Source: Gammaproteobacteria bacterium (GTDB lineage Bacteria > Pseudomonadota > Gammaproteobacteria > Eutrophobiales > Eutrophobiaceae). From it: 64,000 nt of DNA. The stretch covers positions 3,616,001-3,680,000 of the forward strand of contig OZ220696.1 in NCBI GenBank assembly GCA_965116495.1. Reading direction: 5' to 3'. Of this stretch, positions 42,501-49,800 are shown one piece after another (the first letter of the stretch is position 1; each line of letters starts with the position of its first letter). The translations under genes and the position numbers were made by a program. The notes below the pieces were generated by a model, which saw only the letters and a list, made by a program, of their open reading frames with translations, was not told the DNA's origin and did not search any database.

Positions 42501-43052
42501 ACCGGGGCCACCGCTCAGGCTGTCGTCGCCGCCACCACCGTATATAGTATCATTGCCGCCCAGACCCGCGATGGATTCGCCATCAGCCGTGCCGGTGAGC
42601 TTGTCGGCGCCACCCGTACCCTCGATGTCCGCACCCTCGCCGGTCGGCAGCACGTCTATCGCTGTGACACTGAGCGTGTAGGTGCCGGCATTCACTGCGC
42701 CCGGATTGTCGCTATAGCCGCTGACACTGATGAAGTACGTCTGCGTGCCGCTGCCGGTCTCCGGGGTGAACGTGATTGCGGAACCCAGTTTGCCTTTGGC
42801 GGGGTCCGTATCGTCATTCATCTCGATCACGCCGCCCTTGCCGTCCATCAGCTTGAGGATGGAGTCGTTCAGCGTTCCGCCCTCACCGCCCCCGACAGTG
42901 ATGGTGTATTCCTTGCCCTCACTCATCTCGATCTTAATCCAGTCTTCATCGCCACGAGTAATTTCGCCTGCGAACGTATCGCCGGCAGATATCGTGTAGG
43001 AGGTGTCGATGCTGTGGGCCGCTTCAGGCATCATCTCTTGTACAGTTGCCAT
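39528..43052 (-). CDS. RTX calcium-binding protein 3
   Basis: GGxGxDxLx repeats; paralog of genes 1 and 2; trailer and terminator at 39426-39510. Confidence 0.9.
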   Translation of the reverse strand: MATVQEMMPEAAHSIDTSYTISAGDTFAGEITRGDEDWIKIEMSEGKEYTITVGGGEGGTLNDSILKLMDGKGGVIEMNDDTDPAKGKLGSAITFTPETGSGTQTYFISVSGYSDNPGAVNAGTYTLSVTAIDVLPTGEGADIEGTGGADKLTGTADGESIAGLGGNDTIYGGGGDDSLSGGPGNDLLMGGAGADTLRGGLGEDTITYRYSPMGVTINLNDGTARGGDAEGDDLGTDIENVIGSMHDDTITGTDDVNVGNKLWGLGGNDVLSGREGEDMLYGGAGDDMLDGGDENDTLEGGYGADELTGGLGADTASYASSMMGVTVRLHSGQAMGGDAEGDTWGDTVTVEYSMPAEDPEDPPVLKEETVPDIVHLTGSHMADILAGDSRDNTIMGMGGDDEIYGGPGGGDDVLHGGGGADMLFGGIGNDDLHGGGGNDMLSGGSGDDDYYGGAGSDMIYDMANTGDSGTISGAAMADDGMTTDFNEMTDNAPGENDTLSYARNKEGVDINLGLPRFVSIETLIGTDEDDTLTGTNAAPEIIEGGDGADDLIGGTGIGDTVSYENSDRGVRVDLAAGEDTLDATTATASGGHASGDDIAGFENVRGSAFDDNLTARSNDTDPNTGGIQGSILWGLDGDDTLTGEDGNDTLEGGAGADELDGGVTQDTDDVDESSQVNTLSYASSDAGVTVNLATSTASGGHAQGDEIETYEFLDDKGTTTDDDDEDIDVSTFVNVTGSMHNDHLTGDRFDNHLEGGAGDDNLRSGAGADILAGGPGADRLDGGSSKWNHDENADTPDVEHEDWAAYRGAMDGVMVNLNTGMGTGGDAMGDTLKNIELIWGSMHDDTFVASEGADIIHGDGGSDTVSYEASKHGVTVELVGNDATTFDANGPDDIEGNDDDNAFISATDAIVEEWRGGSTNTPRPVAVQEPDTLTTTKSYAEGDVLASIENVTGSRQDDVIVGDATPNVIKGGGGPDRISGGDGNDKLHGGAGNDVIGERAEADLNDDNDNSDRGEAAATDAGNDMMYGDAGNDTINGGAGNDTINGGAGDDDLTGGTGIDTFVFTPGNGSDVIIDIELAPTAAGDATNRTGDGDYIDLTAFGIRPGDMEGLLSERAGNVVVNLEDYGGGRITIQDQTIAVLTATIGIALVLNDTNGAEDGIGDGTDATDGIFIV

Positions 43053-43223
43053 AACTTTTTTCTCCTGTTATATCAGATAGAAGTAAACGAATTCTTTGGT
43101 TTTACTAATTACCGAGTATTAGAAGCAGCGTGATTGTCAGTAATGCCCCCTTATAATTGGAATACTGCAGGGTTTTCTGCAGCGATAATGTAAAGAACTA
43201 AAATAGCTTTGAGGATATTAATC

Positions 43224-44192
43224 ATGATGAAACCGATCGAAAGGAAGAGCAGTTTTTATGATGACGTGCTTTTTTCGTCACTGTCGAAGAACACCCGCAT
43301 CGCTTATGACAAGGGCTGGTCTTGTTTTCAAGACTACTGTGTGCAGAAAAGCGTAAACCCGATAGCTGCGACGCCTGATCATGTAGCTGATTTCTTTATT
43401 GACATGGGGTCACGCGCCAATACAGCCAATGGGAAAAAGTTATCAATTGGCACGCTTTACCTGTATAGAAGTGCGATAAACAGGCGGTATGTGGAAGCAC
43501 ACAAATCTTCACCCACAAAACACCTGAAGGTGAATGCCGTCCTGAAAGGATTGGCGCGTATGCGCGGCACTGCTCCGCGCCAGGTGCTGGCTTTGCGGGA
43601 GCACCATATCCTGTGTATGTTGGAGCAGTGTGGCGACAGTCTTATCGGTCTGCGCAACGCGGCGATAATTTCGCTTGGTTTCTCGGCTGCCTTGCGCCGG
43701 TCTGAAATATGTGCGCTCCGGATAGACGATATTCAAATCATTTCACCAGGCCATGGAGACGATAACCGTAAGATGCTTGTGCATATCCGAAAATCGAAAA
43801 CGGACCAGACAGGGAAAGGTCAACGCATCGCGGTGCCGGATGGTCAAAGGATAAAACCGATAAAACGCCTGGAAGATTGGCTTCAGTCCTCAGGTATCAC
43901 GCGGGGATTCGTGTTTCAAACGATGGCGCGCGGCGGTAGTTTGCGTGGACGTCCTTTGCATTCTGTGGATATTCCCCGTCTGTTGAAACATTACGCCGAA
44001 ACAATTGGCTTGGACCCTGACGAGGTCTCCGGCCACTCACTGCGAGCAGGCTTTGTGACCAGTGCGGCCGTGCACCATGCGCGGCTCGATAAAATCATGG
44101 AAATTACCCGCCATACAAACCCGGAAATGGTGATGAGATACATTCGGGACGTGGGGTTATTCGATAATCACGCCGGAAAGGATTTTTTGTAG
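43224..44192 (+). CDS. Cre-like tyrosine recombinase/integrase
   Basis: LRRSEI (R), KSKTDQ (K), GHSLRAG (HxxR), RHT (H), RYIR (Y); catalytic set appears intact. Confidence 0.92.
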   Translation: MMKPIERKSSFYDDVLFSSLSKNTRIAYDKGWSCFQDYCVQKSVNPIAATPDHVADFFIDMGSRANTANGKKLSIGTLYLYRSAINRRYVEAHKSSPTKHLKVNAVLKGLARMRGTAPRQVLALREHHILCMLEQCGDSLIGLRNAAIISLGFSAALRRSEICALRIDDIQIISPGHGDDNRKMLVHIRKSKTDQTGKGQRIAVPDGQRIKPIKRLEDWLQSSGITRGFVFQTMARGGSLRGRPLHSVDIPRLLKHYAETIGLDPDEVSGHSLRAGFVTSAAVHHARLDKIMEITRHTNPEMVMRYIRDVGLFDNHAGKDFL

Positions 44193-44329
44193 CGGCAATT
44201 TAGGACACCCATGAATTCCTGGGTTCCGGCTTGCGCCGGAACGACGGGGAGGCAGCAATTTAGGACACCCATAAATTGGCGGTAATTCTGCAACCAGGAT
44301 AACGTAAATTGATGAGTACCCAAAACTGT

Positions 44330-44358
44330 TTGACAACCCCCCATCCCTGTAGGATACT
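44330..44358 (+). promoter_or_regulatory. sigma70 promoter antisense to tRNA-like copy 3
   Basis: TTGACA-17bp-GATACT. Confidence 0.72.
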
Positions 44359-44369
44359 GACATCACCTT

Positions 44370-44470
44370 TGGTGCCCGGGACGGGACTCGAACCCGTAAG
44401 GCATGTAGTTTTGGCTACAGAGGCCGGGGGAGTGGCAATCCCCTGTGTTTACCGATTTCACCACCCGGGC
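44370..44470 (-). tRNA. tRNA-like element copy 3: Leu-type body, GCC anticodon, long variable arm, all stems perfect
   Basis: GCCCGGG-TG-GTGAAATCGGTAAACAC-A-GGGGA-TTGCCAC-TCCCC-CGGCCTCTGTAGCCAAAACTACATGCCTT-ACGGG-TTCGAGT-CCCGT-CCCGGGC-ACCA. Confidence 0.85.
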
Positions 44471-44478
44471 AAAAACGA

Positions 44479-44506
44479 CCCGTCCCTTTCGGGGGACGGG
44501 TTTTTT
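44479..44506 (+). terminator. terminator for the antisense transcript of copy 3
   Basis: CCCGTCCC-TTTCGG-GGGACGGG-TTTTTT. Confidence 0.75.
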
Positions 44507-44563
44507 AATGCCCGTTGATTGTATAAAACCCCCGTCTTGCGCAGCGGAGAATATGCGTCGATT

Positions 44564-44579
44564 TGTGACAAAACTCACA
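44564..44579. promoter_or_regulatory. CRP-type box shared by divergent promoters
   Basis: ATTTGTGA-CAAAAC-TCACAAAT; TACAAT (minus, 44518-44523) and TTGACG-17bp-TATAGT (plus). Confidence 0.72.
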
Positions 44580-44673
44580 AATGTCGGAGAAAAACCCGTT
44601 GACGGTCTCCATGCATATACTTATAGTGAGTGTCACTTGAAATTAAGGGAACGGGCGAATCGGGACATACAAC

Positions 44674-45012
44674 ATGTCTATGGAAATAATAACCATCGTC
44701 AGCCTCGGTTTAACGGTAATCACTGTCGGCATCATGCTGGCCGGTCTTATTCTGACTGGTCAGCGCGCCCTTCGGGCAGAGATGAATGGCCAGCGGGGAG
44801 ACATACAGTCCCTGCGGGGAGAGCTGCATGCTCACCGGGAGGAGGCCCAGAGAGAATTCAAGGCCGTGCGGGAGGAGATAGGCGGTTTGCGGGAACGCAT
44901 GGCGCATGTGGAAGGACTGCTTGAGGGCCTGCTGCGTGAAGCCTTCATCGGCAGGCGCGCAGCGCCGGCGGAAGCCGTGGCTGAGGGTCCCGGCCCATAC
45001 GATAAACGCTGA
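44674..45012 (+). CDS. small N-anchored coiled-coil protein, family B
   Basis: Paralog of 36799 with fewer repeats. Confidence 0.75.
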   Translation: MSMEIITIVSLGLTVITVGIMLAGLILTGQRALRAEMNGQRGDIQSLRGELHAHREEAQREFKAVREEIGGLRERMAHVEGLLEGLLREAFIGRRAAPAEAVAEGPGPYDKR

Positions 45013-45123
45013 CCTGGCGCCTAATCTGCGACACCCGCAACAGCAACCGGCGTAATTTGGGACACCCACAAATTGGAGGTAGTGTCCAAGTTTACGCCGT
45101 TCAATTGTTAACCTGCGGTGGTA

Positions 45124-45139
45124 TGTGACAAAACCCACA
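45124..45139. promoter_or_regulatory. CRP-type box (one mismatch)
   Basis: TGTGA-CAAAAC-CCACA, 18 bp upstream of TGGACA-17bp-TATATT. Confidence 0.6.
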
Positions 45140-45255
45140 AACTCGGGAAAAGATGTTTGGACAGGTTCAAACCGTATCTTTATATTAAGGATAACTCAGA
45201 GCCGGTGGATAACAGGCCGGCGCTGACTACACAAGGAGACTGAGGACAATACATC

Positions 45256-45801
45256 ATGCCAATGGAATTAATTGCCTTGACAGGTATCGGCGTAACGGTA
45301 ATCAGTACCGGCGTTGCACTGGCCGCCCTTATCCTGAATACCCAACGCAACCTGCGGGTGGAGATGCAGGCCCAGCGGGCGGAGGCAAAGACAGAATTCA
45401 AGGCTGTGCGGGAGGAGACGAACGCAGAATTCAAGGCTGTGCGGGAGGACATGCGGGCCCATCGGGAGGAGGTGAAGACAGAATTCAAGGCTATGCGGGA
45501 GGACATACAGGCCCAGCGGGCGGAGGTGAAGACAGAATTCAAGGCTATGCGAGAGGACATGCAGGCCCAGCAGGAGGAGACGAAGACAGAATTCAAGGCT
45601 GTGCGGGAGGACATGCAGGCCCATCGGGCGGAGGTGAAGACAGAATTCAAGGCTATGCGGGAGGAGATGCGGGCCCAGCGGGAGGCAATAATCAGCTTAC
45701 TGGAACGCATGGCGCACCTGGAAGGATTGCTTGAGGGCCTGCGTGAGGCCATCACCGGCCGGCGCGTGGCTGAAGAAACGGGAAAATACAATACGCGCTG
45801 A
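45256..45801 (+). CDS. small N-anchored coiled-coil protein, family A (long)
   Basis: Six EFKA(V/M)RE units. Confidence 0.75.
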   Translation: MPMELIALTGIGVTVISTGVALAALILNTQRNLRVEMQAQRAEAKTEFKAVREETNAEFKAVREDMRAHREEVKTEFKAMREDIQAQRAEVKTEFKAMREDMQAQQEETKTEFKAVREDMQAHRAEVKTEFKAMREEMRAQREAIISLLERMAHLEGLLEGLREAITGRRVAEETGKYNTR

Positions 45802-45976
45802 ACACCGGCGCAACCTCTCGAGTAATCCAGGACACCCTCAGCGCATCTATCTAATTTATGGGTGTCCCAAATTACGCGGTGCTTCGTGCGACCTGACCCC
45901 GGCTTCCCGTATGTATGGAAACCGTCAACGGGTTCTTGCCGGTGGCTGTTGCGGGTGTCGCAGATTAGGCGCCAGG

Positions 45977-46282
45977 TCAGCGTTTATCGTATGGGCCGGG
46001 ACCCTCAGCCACGGCTTCCGCCGGCGCTGCGCGCCTGCCGATGAAGGCTTCACGCAGCAGGCCCTCAAGCAGTCCTTCCACATGCGCCATGCGTTCCCGC
46101 AAACCGCCTATCTCCTCGCGCAAATCGCCTATCTCCTCGCGCACGCTGCCTATCTCCCCGCGCACGCTGCCTATCTCCCCACGCACGCTGCCTATCTCCC
46201 TGCGCAGGCTGTTCTGGCCGTTCAGGATGAGGCCGGCCAGCGCTGTGCTGGCGCTTATGATTGCAATGATCTCCATGGACAT
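45977..46282 (-). CDS. small N-anchored coiled-coil protein, family B variant
   Basis: SD AAGGAG, MSMEIIAII start, EIGSVRG heptads, the same C-terminus as family B. Confidence 0.75.
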   Translation of the reverse strand: MSMEIIAIISASTALAGLILNGQNSLRREIGSVRGEIGSVRGEIGSVREEIGDLREEIGGLRERMAHVEGLLEGLLREAFIGRRAAPAEAVAEGPGPYDKR

Positions 46283-46378
46283 TTTATTTCTCCTTAATCT
46301 CCGGATGCCGTTCAGTAATTCAACTGCTTCCAAGTATGATACATGTATGGGAACTGTCAACGGGTTTTGCCGGGTTTT

Positions 46379-46394
46379 TGTGAGTTTTCTCACA
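46379..46394. promoter_or_regulatory. CRP-type box
   Basis: TGTGA-GTTTTC-TCACA, 18 bp from TTGACA on the minus strand. Confidence 0.68.
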
Positions 46395-46840
46395 AATATG
46401 TCAACCCCAAATGAGCTGCAATAGTTTCCATAATGTCACTTCCGCAAGCGAACCAGCGTATGTCAATAAATCTAAATCTTAGGACACATGAGACCTGACA
46501 GCCAGGTCAACCCCCAGGGACTTCATGACGGCAAGCATGGTTTTCAGCCTCTTTGTTGGCGGTAAAGGCCGATCTAAAAAGTGATATTGCAAGGCTGGAA
46601 GCCAATATGGCTGCAATGGAATCCCCGCTTGTCAAGGGTGAGGTCCTGGCAGATTGTAAGGTAGGGATAGCCGGGATTTCGGCGTTCTCAAACTTTCGCC
46701 CGGTCTTAATCACAGTGATACGATCGCTCATGTGCATTGTGCGACCTGACCCCGTGTTCCTCACTTGGGTTTGGCTGACCCCTTCCATCTGAAATATCCT
46801 GGGGTCGGGGATACCTTACTCCGACCCCTTTTTTTGTGAC

Positions 46841-49800
46841 TTAGGCTGTGAAGAACATGAAGTCGCTTGCGCCCAGGTCAGTTCCGATGCCCAGGAGGGT
46901 GATGGTGGTCGTCTCTCCGTCCTCGTCGGCTAAGGTAATCACGGTATTGTCTCCTTCCCGAGCCTGGACTAAATTGGGTCCGATGTCGGTAATATTTTCG
47001 AAAGCCGTCAGGTCGATCTTGTCACCACCTGTACCGGGAGTGAAGTCCATGATATGGTCGTTCCCATGGCCCGGTTCGAATACGAAAGTGTCCTCGCCGG
47101 GGCCGCCGTCCAGCAGGTCGTTGCCTTCGCCGCCGTTGATGATGTCCTTGTCCTCGCCGCCGTAGATTTCATCGTCGCCTTCGCCGCCGTTGAGGATATC
47201 CCTGCCTTGTTCGCCGTAGATGACGTCATCGCCGCGGCCGCCGTTGATCTCGTTGTTGAAGTGATCACCCATATTGCCGCTGATGGGTTTGGTGTAGAAG
47301 ATGAAGTTGTCCGGGGTCAGGGAACCTTCCACGAAGCCGTTAAGCGTAATCACTCCGCGGTTTGGCAAAATGATCTCGGTATCTGCATCGCTCGCTCCCA
47401 CCGGGTTGATGTCGAGGTCATCCATGGAAGCTATACTTGAAAATGCGCTCAGGTCGATCCTGTCAGCGGCCTCGAAACCGAACACCTCATCACGGCCATC
47501 GCCGCTGGCAAACACGAAGGTATCGCTACCGCCGCCACCCGTGAGCTCGTCCCTGCCCCTGCCGCCGTCGAGCACGTTGTTGTTATCATCGCCAGTCAGT
47601 TCGTCGTCATGGTTCGAGCCGATGATGTTCTCGATACCGGCCAGCATATCGTCTTTGGCGTAATTGTCGGGATTGTCGTAGTCACCACCGGCGTCCTGCG
47701 CGTCCGTGTTAGTCAAATTCACCTCGACCCCTTTCACCGACCTCTCGTAGGAGACGGTGTCCAAGCCACCTATACCGCCGGTAATATTGTGAGCCTCTTT
47801 GCCGGCGATAAACACATCGTCGTGGCGGGAGCCTACATATTGTTCAATACCGTCATAGGTGTCGCCGGCGGCGTCGCCACCGCCGCGGCCGCCGCTCAGG
47901 TCAACCGTTACCCCTTCCGTGGCGCTGGCGTAGGTTGCAATATCCATACCCCCGGAATCCTGCGCGTCGCCATTCAGCTTGTCCGCGCCCGGTCCGCCGT
48001 CCAGGATGTCGTTACCGTCGCCGCCATTCAGCGTGTCGTTGCCTGCGCCGCCTTTGAGCGTATCGATGCCACCTTTGCCTGTCAGGGTGTCGTTGCCGCC
48101 GAGGCCGCGGAGTTCGTTGGGATCATCATCACCGATCAGCGTGTCGCCACTGCGGGAGCCGATGACGTGTTTAAAACCAGTCGCTATGTCGCCTGATGCA
48201 TCGCCACGGCTGACTTTGATGATGTTCAAATTCGTAGTCGTGTCTCCAAAATCGAACCGGTCCATTTCAGCTTCAGATAGAGGTCGCTCGTCTATGTCGC
48301 TCAAGTCTACTGTCACTCCGGAACCGCCTTCATAGGATAAAAAGTCACCAGTAGAGCCTATAAGCCTGTCGCTTCCGGAACCGCCTTCCACTTTACTGGT
48401 GCCGCCACCAGTAATTACATCACTGCCGCTGCCGCCTTTGAGCGTGTCCATACCGGTGCTGCTGCCGCCGCCTGCTATTGTGTCATTGCCTCCACCACCA
48501 TCAATTACGTTAGCTTCCCCGTCACCGGTGAGGTGGTCGTCACGAGAACTGCCGATGAGGTTTTCGAAATTACTATTAGTATCTTCGTCTGCGTAAGTAC
48601 CGGGGCCAACGGCAGATGTATTCAAGACTACAGTAACACCTGTTCTGTAAGCATTACCTGTGGTATCTTGAGTATTATTCTCAGGATCTCTGTCGCGTTG
48701 GGGGGAACCTGCATAAGACAAGGTGTCGCCGTTTTCTTCACCACCTTCGCCACCATCAAGCTCATCAGCACCGGCGCGGCCCTCAATGGTGTCATCCCCG
48801 CCGCCGCCAAAGATTCTGTCAGCATTGCTGCCACCGGTCAGCCGATTGTCGCCCTCGCCACCCAGGATTGTGGTACTTCCTCTTGTACTACCGTCACCTG
48901 CCGGACTATTGTCTGTCAGTTTGACATGGTGATCCGGGCTGAAGATGAAGTTGGCGGCAGTCAGGGCATTGAATCCGGCGGTGTCGGCGATGTTTTCAAT
49001 TGTAACCCGCTGGCTGCCAGACGTGATGACGAGTTCGTTGCTATCAAACTGGTAGTTCAAGTTCAATGTACGGGAGGAGCTGCCGAAGCTCAGCTTGTCG
49101 CCTGCCCCAAAATCTGTAATCGTATCCCTGCCACTGATCACGAAAGTATCCATGCCCCTGCCGCCGGTCATGAAATCGTTTCCGCTGCCACCGATCAAAG
49201 TGTCATTGCCGCCGCCGCCCTGGATTTTGTCATCGCCGCCGCGCCCGTCTATGACATTTGGAGAGCTATTGCCAATGAGTTTGTCGTGGATCTCATCGTC
49301 ATCATCAGTAACGCGCTCATTACTGCCTGAGCGGTTGGAGCCGATGATATTCTCGAAATTATCCAGTGTGTCTCCCTGGGCGTAGTTGTCCTTGCTATCA
49401 CCATCATTGGCATGAATGCCGCCAACTAACGCAGTCGCGCCACCACCGAGAGCGGGCAGAGTCACATCTACGGGTTTTCTGGATCGTTCATAGGAGATTG
49501 TATCAATACCGTCACCGGCGTCGATGTCATCCGCTTCCGGCCCGGCGATGAAGGTATCGTCGTGGGGGGAGCCGATGAAGTTTTCGATGTCGATGAAAGT
49601 GTCGCCGCGGGCGTCGCCCCGGCCGCTACCGTTGCGGATAGTGGTGACGTTGGTGGTCTGATTGACAGAGACGGAGCTTAGATCCACGGTGACGCCTTCC
49701 GTAGCATTCGAGTAAGTTACTGTATCCCCACCAATACCACCGTCCATCGTGTCACCGCCGGGGCCGCCGTCCAGGATATCGTTGCCGCCGTCACCGTTCA

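Noticed and set aside
44370-44470. Calling the tRNA-like elements ordinary tRNA-Gly/Asp, tRNA-Sec or tmRNA
   Set aside because: A73 and the long variable arm contradict Gly/Asp identity. The 7/5 stems and lack of a UCA anticodon exclude Sec. They are too short and have no tag ORF for tmRNA.
35462-44470. The tRNA copies as simple attL/attR prophage boundaries
   Set aside because: The copies are full length, diverged, differ in anticodon, one is inverted, each has its own promoter set, and no phage genes are present. A role as an att site is not fully excluded.
35759-46282. Integron cassette array or diversity-generating retroelement
   Set aside because: I found no attC-like GTTRRRY bottom-strand hairpins, the genes have their own promoters and both orientations, the recombinase is Cre-like rather than IntI-like, and there is no reverse transcriptase or adenine-specific variation.
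46553-46792. ORF beginning LAVKADLKSDIARLEANMA
   Set aside because: Only a ~20-codon remnant resembles the coiled-coil families; the remainder is not supportable as a gene.
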